Source: Octopus vulgaris (Eukaryota). Taken from it: 64,000 nt of DNA. The DNA is taken from assembly GCA_951406725.2 (NCBI GenBank), contig OX597828.1:47864001-47928000 (forward strand), given 5' to 3'. A program made the translations under genes and the position numbers. Positions 13,591 through 27,451 of the stretch are shown piece after piece. Position 1 is the first letter of the stretch. Each line of letters begins with the position of its first letter. The notes beneath the pieces are model-generated. The model was not told the origin of the DNA. It saw only the letters and a list, made by a program, of their open reading frames with translations, and ran no database searches.

Positions 13591-14537
13591 TTTCAAGTTA
13601 CGTCATTTTCGATTTTACATCATTTTTGGGGGTGTTTGTTTGAAGAAATTATTGGAAGATGTAAAGCTCGACTTCAGTTAACTTATTCAACTTTATGTTG
13701 GTCTCAGCAAACATATTCAAAAGCATAAGATTTTAAAAATCACCTTAAACCAATACCTAAGTGGAAAATCAAACAAAACACATGTGAAAATATGTATAAA
13801 TTATTAATTAAAACGAATACAAGTTAAATTCAATACTGAAATATAAGTTAGTAAATATTTTTTTAATGTTTTGTCATTTTCCAAGTCAAGTCACATGTCT
13901 TTGTATCAATAACCAACATAAGTTGGAGTATGCTTGTACTTATATTTCACTCAGGATTAGAATATGAGCTAGGCATTGTCTTATCACTGAGCAGAAACAC
14001 GACTGACCATGTATCAAGGAACAATATAATTTCATTATCTAGACACAGCCATACTATGTGATAAGAAGTATGCTTCCCAAACATATGGTTCCAGGTTCAG
14101 TCCCACTGTGTAGTACCTAGACCAAGTGTCCTCTGCTATAGCCTCGGGCCAACCAAAACCTTGTGAGTGGATTTGGTAGATGGAAACTGAAAGAAACCCA
14201 TCGCACATATATTAATGTGTGTGCGCGTGGCTGAGTGCACACATGTACATGTGTCTGTGTTTGTCCCCTGTGACTGCTTGACAACAGGTGCTGATATGTG
14301 TATGACCGCATAACTTAATGGTTTGGCAAAAGACACCGATAGGATAAGTACTAGCCTTAAAGAAGCAAAATATATTGGGGTTAATTTATTCTACTAAAAT
14401 TCTACAAGACAGTGCTCTAAAGACTGAAACAAGTAAAAAAAAAAAAAGATTAGTCCTTGTATTATGTAGTAACTTCCATACTAGTTTGTGCAAATATCCT
14501 CATATTGAATAGTAGAAGGTAACTTATGGACACCCTA

Positions 14538-14621
<84 letters not shown>

Positions 14622-15963
14622 CACACATACATTGATGATGATGATATGGTGGATCTCTGTCATTCAGTGATGAGAATTCAGTTGCCTGATCAACTGAATT
14701 AGCAATCAGTGGCTGAGTATTCCACAGACATTTGTACATTTAATGTAGTCCTCGGGTGTACCTTTTGAATAACAGGAACAATCCATCTGATAAGCAAGCT
14801 TCTGTCAATCCAGATTTACTCACCCGGTATGGATCAATCCAAGGCAACCCATTCAAAATGATGTATGCCCAAGATGTCGTACAGTAAGATTGAACCTGCA
14901 ACCTTGTGTTTGCATGTGAACTTCTTTACCGTTCAGCCATACTGTGTTCACACATACACATACTCTCTTACTCTTTTACTTGTTTCAGTCATTTGACTGC
15001 GGCCATGCTGGAGCACCGCCTTTAATCGAGCAACTCAACCCCGGGACTTATTCTTTTGTAAGCCCAGTACTTACTCTATCTGTCTCTTTTGCCGAACCAC
15101 TAAGTAACGGGGACATAAACACACCAGCATCGGTTGTCAAACAATGCTAGGGGGACAAACACAGACACACAAACACGCATATATATATATATATACATAT
15201 ATACGATGGGCTTCTTTCAGTTTCCATCTACCAAATCCACTCACAAGGCTTTGGTCGACCCGAGGCTATAGCAGAAGACACTTGCCCAAGATGGCACGCA
15301 GTGGGACTGAACCCGGAAGCATGTGGTTGGTAAGCAAGCTACTTACCACACAGCCACTCCTGCGCCTATATGTATATTTTTTTTATCTTTTACTTGTTTC
15401 AGTCATTAGACTGTGTCCATGTTGGGGCACTGCCTTGAAGGGTTTTTAGAAATTTACATGATGGGGATTCTATAAGTTATCGACAATTCCTTTGCCAACC
15501 CCTGATCTAGAAGCTAAACACCGAGGAGAAAATTTCAATTCATGTATATACACACACAAACAAATACACAGAGGTATACCTCAACTTACGTCGTTTCAAG
15601 TTACATCTATTCAAGTCAATTTATCCAATCTTAAAGTTGGTTTCACCAAATATATTTAAAAGCATAAAAAATTATTAAAAAAAAACACTTGAAAAGCAAA
15701 ACTGAAGAGGAAAATCAAAATATGTACAAACTATTCTTAAAACAGATATAATTCTTTTATTCTTTTATTTGCTTCGCTCATTTGACTGTGGCCATGCTGG
15801 AGCACCACACTGAAGGGTTTTAGTCGAACAAATCAACCCCAGGACTAATTTCTTAAGCCTAGTTATTATTCTATTTGTCTCTTTTGCCAAACCACTAAGT
15901 TACAGAGACGTAAACACACCAACACCAGTTATCAAACACTGATGGGGGGACACAGTCACAAAG

Positions 15964-16002
<39 letters not shown>

Positions 16003-16224
16003 AAGTTAATCCAAACATGAAAACACAAAGAGAAAACACAACAACGCGAGGATGTGGAACGAATATAGTATTATTGGACGCTCAGGAAGGAAGGAAGGGA
16101 AGAAGGAGGGTTTTACGTTTCGAGCGGAGCTCTTCGTTAGAAACATAGGAAAAGGAAAGATCCAGAGAAGGGAAGACGGAGAAAAAAAAATCGCCAACGG
16201 TACACACGCGGTCACATTTTGAAA
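16003..16224 (-). mobile_element. (TA)n-inserted PLE-like element with minimal hammerhead (16110-16144)
   Basis: GTTT CTAACGA A GAGC tcc GCTC GAAA CG TA AAAC. Flanked by (TA)n; sister copies at 43950 and 51100. Confidence 0.7.
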
Positions 16225-18445
16225 TATATATATATATATATACCTGTGCGGGTGGCACATAAAAAGCACCCACTACACTCACGGAGTGGTTAGCGTTAGG
16301 AAGGGCATCCAGCTGTAGAAACATTGCCAGATAAGACTGGAGCCTGGTGCAGCCTTCTGGCTTCCCAGATCCCCGGTCGAACCATCCAACCCATGCTAGC
16401 ATGGAGAACGGACGTTAAACGATGATGATGATGATGATGATATATATATATATTCACACAATGGGCTTCTTTCAGTTTCTGTCTACCAAATCCACTCACA
16501 AGGATTTGGTCAGCCTGAAGCTATAGTAGAAGACACTTACCGAATGTGCCACATAGTGGGACTGAACCCACAACCATGTAGTTAGGAAGAAAGCTTCTTA
16601 CCACACAGATGTGCCTGTACCTATTCTTACCACACCCGCCTTTCTTTGTGTTACATCATTTTTTGAACCAAGTCACATATCTTGGAACCAGTTACTGACA
16701 TAAGTTGAGATATGCCTGTACTTTAAACATACACATGATTGCTAAACATACACATGATTACTATGCTCATAGTCAACCCCTGCTTAAGCAGATCTTATGA
16801 TCAAAACCATTCAAAATATAATCACCCCGTTTTTGTAGTCTATATATTTTTTTCCAATATGGTAGGGTGATTGGCAGGAATGTTAGCACACCAGGTGAAA
16901 TTCTTAGCGTTATTTCGTTTGTCTTTATATTCCAAGTTCAAATTCTGCCGAGGTTGACTTTGCCTTTCATCCTTTCAGGGTTGATAAATTAAGTACCAGT
17001 TGCATACTAGGGTCGATCTAATCAACTGCCCCCCCCCCCATCCCCCAAAAATTTCAGGCCTTGTGCTTAAAATAGAAAAGAATATGGTAGGGTGATTCGA
17101 GGGAGATTTGACTATTAATTTTAGCAGGGTTTATAATCATGTGCAGGTGGCACGTAAAATGCACCCACTACACTCGCGGAGTGGTTGGCGTTAGGAAGGG
17201 CATCCAGCCGTAGAAACACTGCCAGATCAGACTGGAGCCTGGTGCAGCCCCTGGCTTCCCAGACCCCGGTTGAACCATTCAACCTGTGCTAGCACGGAAA
17301 ACGGACGTTAAACGATGATGATGATGATGTTTCCTAGGTTTCTCAAGTGGTCACCCATCAAAATTCTAAGACACATTGTTGTTTAAAAGCTTTGATAATG
17401 AAATGGGAGAAGATATTTTCTTTGTGATTATGGCCCCATCACCCGGCCTTTGGGGTACTTCAAGCAGACTTCACATTATTGCAAGAACCTGAGTTAGAAC
17501 TTCTGTAAGCTTAAGTTTCTCCCTCTCATCCCATCACCAGTTTCAGAGCTGTAGTGGAAACGGTCATGTGAATTAAACCTTCCTTATCTGACTAAGCTTT
17601 CAAACTATTTATCTATTTTTTAGATATTTATTTTACTTTTGTAACCAAATACTGAAAAAGCTCAATTCTTGGAATTCGACTGAATGAGTACAATTCCTTC
17701 ATCAACAAGCTGAGATTTGTTTTTGTTTGTTTTTTTTGTTTTGTTTTTTTCATGTACATACATATAAATATATATATTCTTTTACTTGTTTCAGTCATTT
17801 GACTGCGGCCATGCTGGAGCACCGCCTTTAGTCGAGCAACTCGACCCCGGGACTTATTCTGTGTAAGCCCAGTACTTATACTATCGGGCTCTTTTGCCAA
17901 ACCGCTAAGTTACGGGGACGTAAACACACCAGCATCGGTTGTCAAGCAATGCTAGGGGGACAAACACAAACACACACGCACACACATATATATATATATA
18001 CATATATATATACGACAGGCTTCTTTCAGTTTCCGTCTACCAAATCCACTCACAAGGCATTGGTTGGCCCGAGGCTATAGTAGAAGACACTTGCCCAAGG
18101 TGCCACACAGTGGGACTGAACCCAGAACCATGTGGTTGGTAAGCAAGCTACTTACCACACAGCCACTCCTGCCTTTTAATTTTTTATTTGTTTCAGTCAT
18201 TACACTTCAGCCAAGCTGGGGAACCGCGTTGTTTTTCTTTCTCCCTTTTTTTCTACCCAATAAAAATTGTATTATATCTTTATAATTAAATATACATAAT
18301 GTAGTTACGGAGATGTACTCGCATAGCAAGTGATTTGATCTGAGAGCGTGTGCTGAAACGAAAACAATTGCAGCGTGGAAGGTGTTTGTAAGCCATTTAA
18401 AAAACACACAAAAGCCGTTCGATTCACTTCAACATTTAAGTTTAA

Positions 18446-18496
18446 TTTGTCGAAATATTTTCGTCGCTTTCAGACCGCGACCTGTTCACTGACAAA
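18446..18496 (-). ncRNA. Minimal hammerhead ribozyme motif with G3-C8 core variant
   Basis: TTTGTCA GTGAACA G GTCGC ggtctgaaa GCGAC GAAA ATAT TT CGACAAA. Confidence 0.68.
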
Positions 18497-18857
18497 GTCC
18501 GTGCTGCATTTTAGAGAAATAAACAGTATCAACTTTAGTTGAATGAATCGACCTGTTTTGGTTATGATTTCTATCTTATCATTAACATTGCCGTTTTTCT
18601 TTTCTTTTTTTTTTTTTTTAAGCCTGGTACTTATTCTATCAGTCTTTTTCGCCAAACCGCTAAGTTACGGGGACGTAAACACACCAGCACCGGTTGTCAA
18701 GCGGTGTGGGGTGACACGCACACACATACATACATACATACATATATATATATTATATATATATACACACACAACGGGCTTTCTTTCAGTTTCTGTCTAC
18801 CAGACTTTAGTCGGCCCGAGGTAATTGTAGATAACACTTGTTCCCAAGTGCCACGCA

Positions 18858-18942
<85 letters not shown>

Positions 18943-20079
18943 ATGTATACTTCAAATGCTTTAAACAAGTTGAATAAATTCTAAAATAGATAATCGTCCA
19001 CCTGCTTACTATGCATTTAAAAATCCGTAAATTTCCAAGCAGAAAACGAGATCAACGTCGATCAATGTCATTTATATTTCTTTCTTTCGCGCATTTCCTT
19101 TCATTGAGAGTTAATTTACATTTCTTCTTTTCACGAACCTTCATGCATGTTACTTACAATATTTCGACTCTTTGGTGTTTTTTTTAAAAAAAAAAAAAAA
19201 AAAACATATGGACTACTATACGGTTTTTACAACGTTGATCTCGTTTTCTGCTTGAAAATTTACGGATTTTACATACACACATGAAGCAGGTAAGAACAAA
19301 TAGGCAAGGCTTTTTTCTCCAAGTTTAAAATGTGACATTGTTTTTGTTATATCCACATTCCACACACATAAATACACAAAAACAGAACAAGCACGCACGC
19401 ACACACTCACACAAGAACAAACACGCGCACACACACATACACACAAGCAACATCTGTTAAACTTAAACTCATTGACTTGTTTCTCTATTACTTGCCTATT
19501 GTAACCACTTTTATCTAGTTTTGTTTTTGTTCCCTAAATTTTAACATGATCCTAAGCTACATTCTTGAAAATGCAACCCTGCGAAGTTCCGTTAAAAATA
19601 AAACAACAAAAAACAAACGTATTTTCAGAAAGTTATGAGAAAACAAAGACAGGGGCACCAATCTGTAGTTATGCCTATGGGATAGTATTGTTTGAACCAG
19701 TATACATGGTACATCATGCACTTTTTGAAAGTTCCAAGCAGGATTTCTTGCATAATTTGAACATCTGTATTCATATCCCTTATTAAATTAATTATATTTC
19801 ACCTTTTATTATATATATATTGTGGTGCACCTGAGCACTGTATACAATAATTTCATTATTATTATTATTATATAACAAATGAAAAATTATCAAAAACAGG
19901 CATATTCTAATAAGGTATCCACAAAATGCAGATGGAATTTATAAAGACTCGGCAATTTCGAATACATCAGCAACAATATCAACAACTATTTCAACTTCCA
20001 ATAACAATAACATAATATCACAAAAGTCTCGGGGTGCTGATGAATGTAGTAATAGTAGTTGTGGTGGTGGTGGTAACTA

Positions 20080-20356
20080 CGAGGGTCAAACATAAAAGTT
20101 GTCCCTATTGTCATCGGGGCATTGGGTTGAATACCACCCGATCTAAAAAAAAAAAAAAAAAGCATCTGGAAACCTTAGAAATACCCTACAATCTATGCGT
20201 ATTGCAAAAGTCGGCATTACTTGGAACTGCATGTATATTGCGTAAAATATTGTCTATCTGGGGTCCTTGTTGTGACTTGACAGACAGAACCAACCCCTCG
20301 GTAGACACAATATCTTCAATCAACATCACAATATTGGATACAGTGCGACGTCTTAA

Positions 20357-20391
<35 letters not shown>

Positions 20392-20395
20392 AATA
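20080..20395 (+). mobile_element. R4/Dong-like 3' end followed by (TAA)n
   Basis: IKVVPIVIGALG...LQKSALLGTACILRKILS. Confidence 0.7.
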
Positions 20396-20415
20396 AAATT
20401 AATGAAATAGTTTAC

Positions 20416-20561
20416 CGCTTCCGATTGGACTGCCGTGTAGTACCACCGTGGGCCGTTTGTCGTTGGGAGTAGGAAACCAGTTTGACAGGAAGAAAACCAC
20501 ATACCACAGTGACTACGAAGAGGGCAATAAGTAGAATAACTTTTAATATTTCTACCTTCAT
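20416..20561 (-). CDS. ZIP (SLC39A1/2/3-like) zinc transporter, coding exon 1
   Basis: ATG at 20561 reads MKVEILKVILLIALFVVTVVCGFLPVKLVSYSQRQTAHGGTTRQSNRK(R), a typical subfamily II TM1 ending 'GFLPVK'. Ends at donor CG|GTAAAC in phase 2, which joins exon 2 in frame. Too short for the ORF track. Confidence 0.88.
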
Positions 20562-20605
20562 GTTGTTTTTCTTCGTTGATTTGACGCTTAAAAATAATTA
20601 CGTAC

Positions 20606-20650
<45 letters not shown>

Positions 20651-21863
20651 CTTAGTATTATATATAACTATGTATATTTACGCATCTCTTTCTCTCTGGG
20701 TATATAGATAGAATATAAGTAGAGAGAGAGCAATCAAAGTTTGTCCATGTTTTCGTTTTGTTTTCCTTTATCTTCTTTTTCTTTTTCCACCTTTTTTTTA
20801 TATTTAAAAGAAGTAAACAGTTATTATATATCGAGGGCCGAAGGATGTGGTTCTTTTCCAAACATTTTGTACTGGGATAAAAAAAAGTCGTTATTGCAGA
20901 AGTGAGTTGTGTTAATTAATTGATGTAATTCATATAATTATAGCCATGAGTAATCTGTGAACAAGAAATGTTGCTCTCGTTGTTGTTCTTCCTGCTGCTA
21001 ATGTTACAGTTAATGACAACTTGTGTGTCACGTTGTTGTTGAAGAACTCTTTCTCATGACTGAGATCAAGTCATCGCCTAAGTCTGAGAATAAGGGCAGA
21101 TAACTCTATTTTATTTCAACGCACTGCCTCCCCTCCTCTCATTTATTTTGGTCATATGTCGTTTCTGAGACTTCGACCAAAGCATATCAGGATCGTTATC
21201 GATTTCTCATCTACAAACCTTAATCTGAAAACTTTCGAAAGATCTACTCTTGATAAAGCTTTGCATGCCTATGACAAATACCGTTGTTATTGTTTTGGAA
21301 TATTTATAATAAAGAAGTTAGAAGGGTTTAAATTAATGTTTTTTAATTATAAATTTGTTAAACTCATACATACATAAATATACATACATGCACATAAACA
21401 CGTATATTTACATATACAGTTACACATACATACATACATGCATACATACATACATACATACATACATACATACATACATAAATACATACATACATACATA
21501 CATACATACATACATACATACATACATACATACATACATAAACACACACACAAAATACATAAACATAAGCGAATCAGCTGAAGAGAATTGAATAAGAAAT
21601 TTTTACGGAAATTGCCGAACAAATACTTTTAAGTTTGATATACTTTCTCCGAAAGATCGCCTGTTCTTTACATTTTGTGTTCAAATCCCGCCCAACTCAA
21701 CTTTGCTTTTCATTCTCCCTGGGTTTATAAAAAAGATGTTACTGGGATATTAATCTTATTCTCTTTAAATTGCCCGATTTGTGTCTAAATTAGAAATAGT
21801 TTTGGAATATATTGGTGGAGATTTGAAAATATAGTTGGGAATGTGAAAAAATAATTTTGGGTA

Positions 21864-22018
21864 TGTGGCTGTGTGGTAAGTAGCTTGCTTACCAACCACA
21901 TGGTTCTGGGTTCAGTCCCACTGCGTGGCACCTTGGGCAAGTGTCTCCTTCTATAGCCTCGGGCCGACCAAAGCCTTGTGAGTGGATTTGGTAGACGGAA
22001 ACTGAAAGAAGCCCGTAG

Positions 22019-22051
<33 letters not shown>

Positions 22052-22260
22052 TTGTGTCTGTGTTTGTCCCCCTAGCATTGCTTGACAACCGATGCTGGTG
22101 TATTTATGTCCCCGTTACTTAGCGGTTCGGCAAAAGAGACCGATAGAATAAGTACTAGGCTTACAAAGAATAAGTCCCGGGGTCGAGTTGCTTGACTAAA
22201 GGCGGTACTCCAGCATGGCCGCAGTCAAATGACTGAAACAAGTAAAAGATAAAAAGATAA
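21864..22260 (+). mobile_element. SINE family A, well-preserved copy
   Basis: Complete head, body, microsatellite and tail; near-identical to the copies at 28742 and 63461. Confidence 0.85.
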
Positions 22261-22492
22261 AAATATCCAGCGTAAGCAGAACAAATAAGTAAATAGCAGT
22301 ATTCAATTAAACTCCCAGATATTGTTCTGTTTTTATTTCTCAACATCATTTAGTTATCTTATAAAGGTAGCATTTTAGAGAAAAAATATTTTTTTTTATT
22401 TAAAAAAAATATACATTTAAAAGTGATTCATAGATTCTTCTTACATAAACTTTCAAATATTTGCACGTGTAAATGTATTTTGTTTTTTGATT

Positions 22493-22812
22493 AGTGTCGG
22501 TGGCACGTAAAAAGCACCATCCGAATCGTGGCCGAAGCCAGTGCCGCCTCGACTGGCTTCCGTGCAGGTGGCACGTAAAATGCACCAATCCGACCGTGGC
22601 CGATGCCAGCCTCACCTGGCACCAGTGCAGGTGGCACGTAAAAAGCACCCACTACACTCATGGAGTGGTTGGCATTAGGAAGGGCATCCAGCCGTAGAAA
22701 CACTGCCAGATAAGACCGGCGCCTGGTGCAGCCTTCTGGCTTCCCAGATCCCCGGTCGAACCGTCCAACCCATGCTAGCATGGAGAACGGACGTTAAACG
22801 ATGATGATGATA
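22493..22812 (+). mobile_element. 5'-truncated RTE 3'-UTR copy with (GAT)n tail
   Basis: Colinear with the 39850-40178 end of the LINE. About 15 copies, e.g. 7400-7715, 8700-8950, 16243-16442, 17140-17330, 30045-30437, 35010-35275, 43418-43572, 44844-45105, 51420-51973, 54015-54370, 63648-63813. Confidence 0.85.
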
Positions 22813-22954
22813 ATTAATGCCATGTTTTCTATGCTGCTACCTTAATAAGTTGGCTACATTATGCCATTGAGAAATTAAAACAGAAATGTCTAATAATGTT
22901 TAATTACCTACTGTGAAGCATTTACTAATTCGTTTTCACTTACTCTGGATAGAG

Positions 22955-23295
22955 AGACCCCCTTTGGTCATGAATGATCATGGGATTGCACCTAGAAAGT
23001 TCTAAAGTCCCTACCTAGGCACAAATCCAGACAAGGTTGTTTATGAAAGACCAACAGATGTTCATGCGTACCAGACTCCACTCTCCATGCCACCAGTGTT
23101 ACCCAAGGGAAAGGCAAAGGGGCCAATACAGCTTGGCACCTGTGACGTCGCAACTCATTTCTACAGCTGAGTGAACTGGAGAAACGTGAAATAAAGTGTC
23201 TTGCTCAAGGATGCAACACACAGCCCACTCCAGGAATTGAACTCACTACCTCATGATTGTGGGTCCAACACTCTAACCACTGAACCATGTGTCTC
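22955..23295 (-). mobile_element. tRNA-derived SINE family D (Meta-domain-like core)
   Basis: Core CTTGAGCAAGACACTTT...CCAGTTCACTCAGCTGTAGAAATGAG. Copies at ~9360-9555, 30445-30770 and 60125-60335. Confidence 0.65.
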
Positions 23296-23964
23296 TTGAT
23301 AGCCAGGTTTAAATTTGTACATTGCCAGTTTCATTTTTTTTTTTTTACTTTCATTTATAACCCTAGGCTTATATGATCTTAATACGAAAGATCACGCCCA
23401 CACCTTTTTATACTGTTTTTTTATAGTACATCAAAATGCAGTATTTGTTGATTTATTGTTCCTCTATTCTAACTTGGAAGAACAATTTAAATAATTTTAT
23501 TCAAGGAATATTCTTGAAAAAGTCTGAGTTCAGTCCCATTGCATGGCACCTTGGGTGTCTTCTACTATAGCCTCAGACCAACCAAAGCCTTGTGTGTGGA
23601 TTTGGTAGATGGAAACTGAAAGAAGCCCGTCATATATATGTGTATGTGTGTGTGGATATATATATATATATAATTTAATTTATATATATATATATATATA
23701 TATTTCTTTACTACCCACAAGGGGCTAAACATAGAGGAGACAAACAAGGACAAATGGATTAAGTCGATTACATCGACCCCAGTGTGAAACTGGTACTTTA
23801 TTTATCCACCCCGAAAGGATGAAAGACAAAGTCGACCTCGGCGGAATTTGAACTCAGAACGTAACGACAGACGAAATACCGCAAAGCATTTCGCCCGGCG
23901 TGCTAACATTTCTGCCAGCTCGCCACCTTTTATATATATGTATGTATGTGTGTGTGTGTATATG

Positions 23965-24420
23965 TTTAATCTTGAGGAAGAGGCTGCGCACATGGCACTT
24001 GGATCTCCTGTAACATCTGTAAGATTTATATAGGTTTCTCAAGTCAACAACTGCTGGAAAGACTTGCGGTGAGGTACTTCCAGAGAGTTAATATTCTGGG
24101 GTGGAAGGAATGGGCATCAGGACTAAGTGCATGCCCTGCGGGATGGGATTAAAGACAATGTAGGTGGTGAGAGGAGGAGAGATGAGTGTGAGTGAGAGTG
24201 GGGGTATGTCAGAGTAAAGATGTCACAAGACAAGCCGAGGTCACTGTAGTAGCAGTAGAAGAGTCAAAGAGAGGATACGGCATGTCTGTGTGGCAGGGTT
24301 TGGTGTGTTCTTATGATTGCCTTTATGCCAATCAGTTGAGGGGCCTTTCTACGAATGATGTGGAGCATACAAAGTGCATTCCAGAAGTTTTGAAACTTTT
24401 TTTAGGAGCAGCAATATTAA
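23965..24420 (-). mobile_element. Very degenerate CR1/L2-like LINE 3' fragment
   Basis: SFHPRILTLWKYL remnant. Confidence 0.4.
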
Positions 24421-24530
24421 TTGTCCTAGATTATTGTAATTTTATAATATTATTATTATACATCTAACAAGCAGACCTGCCAACTTTTGTTGTTCCAGAT
24501 TGAAGGAGACAGCTGTAATAGCACTTTAAA

Positions 24531-24914
24531 TGGAAGCACTCCATCGGTTACGATGACGAGGGTTCCGGTTGATCAGAATCAACGGAACAGCCTGCTCGTG
24601 AAATTAACGTGTAAGTGGCTGAGCACTCCACAGACACGCGCACCCTTAACGTAGTTCTCGGGGATATTCAGCGTGACACAGAGAGTGACAAGGCCGGCCC
24701 CTTGAAATACAGGTACAACAGAAACAGAAAGTAAGAGTGAGAGAAAGTTGTGGCGAAAGAGTGCAGTAGGGGTCACCACCATCCCCTGCCGGAGCCTCGT
24801 GGAGCTTTAGGTGTTTTTGCTCAATAAACACTCACAACGCTCGGTCTGGGAATCGAAACCGCGATCCTACGACCGCGAGTTCGCTGCCCTAACCACTGGG
24901 CCATTGCGCCTCCA
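24531..24914 (-). mobile_element. SINE family B copy flanked by ~87-bp direct repeats
   Basis: Reverse complement of the 27452 element; flanks 24445-24531 and 24915-25001 are near-identical. Confidence 0.85.
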
Positions 24915-25001
24915 TAATATTATTATTATACATCTAACAAGCAGACCTGCCAACTTTTGTTGTTCCAGATTGAAGGAGACAGCTGCAACAGCACCTTAAA
25001 T

Positions 25002-25805
25002 ACACCCTGCTAAACATTGCTTTTCACAGCTGGCTAGTTTGCAGAATGCAGTCAGGACCTAAAGACAATTTGCAAAGTTTTGTGTTAGACTGAGCAAAAA
25101 TGCTATAGAAATTTACGAAATGCTCCCAGCTGCTTAGGGATTAACTTGTGTGAACTGAACATGTTTTTCACATAGGCGCATGAGTGGCTGTGTGGTAAGT
25201 AGCTTGCTAACCAACCACATGGTTCCGGGTTCAGTCCCACTGTGTGGCATCTTGGGCAAGTGTCTTCTGCTATAGCCCTGGGCCGACTAATGCCTTGTGA
25301 GTGGATTTGGTAGACGGAAACTGAAAGAAGCCTGTCTTATATATGTATATATATATAAGTGTTTGTGTGTCTGTGTTTGTCTCCGTAGCATTGCTTGACA
25401 ACCGATGCTGGTGTGTTTACGTCCCCGTCACTTAGCAGTTCGGCAAAAGAGACCAATAGAATAAGTACTGGGCTTACAAAGAATAAGTCCTGGGGTCGAT
25501 TTGCTCGACTAAAGGCGGTGCTCCAGCATGACCACAGTCAAATGACTGAAACAAGTAAAAGAGAGAGACCAGACAAAGCAAGTCCACCAGGAATCTCATG
25601 ATGACCCCTTTCATCGACAACAAAGGCACCATTTACATCCACTGGGTTCCCGCTGGCCAGACAGTCAACAAGCAGTATTTCGTAGAGATTTTGAAGGAGT
25701 TCAAGAAGAGATTTTGTCACAAAAGGTCAGAGCAACTGCACCAGGACAACGCACCGATCCTTATTTCCATCCTGGTAAACAACTGCTTTACAGAGATGGG
25801 CATAA
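25002..25805 (+). mobile_element. Degenerate mariner fragment interrupted by SINE A
   Basis: FIDNKGTIYIHWVPAGQTVNKQYFVEILK...LHQDNAP. Confidence 0.7.
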
Positions 25806-25866
25806 AAATGGGATCTTTACCTTTTGACCGACAGATTTTAAAAAATAGTTTTTTGTAGCTAAACAC

Positions 25867-26718
25867 TTTCAAACTTTGGACACTGGTAGAATATGTCATA
25901 TAAAACTTATTTTACTCTTAGCATTTTTGAGAAAAACTTATATTTACGAAGTTATTTCACATTAAAGTTCTCGTATTTCGGTAATTTCAACCAATATATA
26001 CAAGGTTTTGACCTTTAAATTTTGGGGAAAAAATGCGGATTATACTCGAGGATTTACTGTATTTCAAATTTTCCACGACACCCCTGGGGTTGGTACCAGC
26101 TACTTTGAAAAGTACTGCTGCCCGACAGTCTTCTAACTAGGATTCACGTATCTTCAGTTAAGAGATAAAGTAGTGAAAGATAAAAAAAAAAAGATAATAA
26201 TGACAATTACAGATTAATAAATGTGAAAGTTATAAGATAAACATTGCAAAGAATGGCCAGATATTGAGTTCATTGTTTGTATAGCTTCTTATTTTCAAAC
26301 TTTGGACACTGGTAGAATGAGTCATATAAAACATGTTTTACTCTTAGCATTTTTGAGAAAAACTTACATTTACGAAGTTATTTCACATTAAAGTTCTCAT
26401 ATTTCGGTAATTTCAACCAATATATACGAGGTTTTGACCTTTAAATTTTGGGGAAAAAATGCGGATTATACTCGAGGATTTACTGTATTTCAAATTTTCC
26501 ACGACACCCCTGGGGTTGGTACCAGCTACTTTGAAAAGTACTGCTGCCCGACAGTCTTCTAACTAGGATTCACGTATCTTCAGTTAAGAGATAAAGTAAT
26601 GAAAGATAAAAAAAAAAGATAATAATGACAATTACAGATTAATAAATGTGAAAGTTATAAGATAAACATTGCAAAGAATGGCCAGATATTGAGTTCATTG
26701 TTTGTATTACCTCTTATT
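25867..26718 (+). repeat. Near-identical ~426-bp tandem duplication
   Basis: 25867-26292 versus 26293-26718, only a handful of differences. Confidence 0.9.
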
Positions 26719-27170
26719 TAAATCATTAGCAATGCACTTATTTATCTGTAGATAGGGTCATTAATTATTTGAAATATTAGCAACAAAGCAATGAGTATGT
26801 AGATAGAGTTTTTATATATATTGAAAGAGAAGGAAAAGAAAGAGAAAAAGAGAGAGATACAGAAAGTTAACAAGGGAGCTGCTGGAAGAGTGCATTGTGA
26901 CCTTGTAACCTTCTGAAAAGTTCAAACTAGGAAATTTTGCAGACTAGGTTTGCAATGGAGTAGACTGTGATTATGTTGGTAAAATTTAGAAAAATAATGA
27001 TGTATGGTTGCAGGTGTAGCTGTGTGGTAAGAAGCTTGCTTCTCAGCCACATGGTTCTGGGTTCAGTCCCACTGCATGGCACCATGGACAAATGTCTTCT
27101 ACGTTAGCCTTGAACTGACCAAAGCCTTGTGAATGGATTTGGTAGGCAGAAACTGAAAGAAGCCTGTCAT

Positions 27171-27208
<38 letters not shown>

Positions 27209-27451
27209 TTAACATCTATTTTCCATGCTGGCATGGTTTTGATGGTTTGACTGGAATTGGTAAACTGGAGAGGTGCACCACACTCCAGTCATCCGTTCTG
27301 GCTTGCTTTTTACTGCTTGACAGTGGCGGATCATGTATAGGCACTGCGGAACTGCAACACCTCCTATTTCCATTCGATATTATCCTAAACATTCAATATA
27401 ATGAGTCCTTTTTCCTTTAATTCTTTCCTTATACTTGTACATTATATAATG

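Noticed and set aside
22493-22660. CRISPR-like repeat-spacer appearance of GGTGGCACGTAAAAAGCACC
   Set aside because: Eukaryotic context, spacers are homologous to each other, no cas genes; it is the RTE 3' UTR module.
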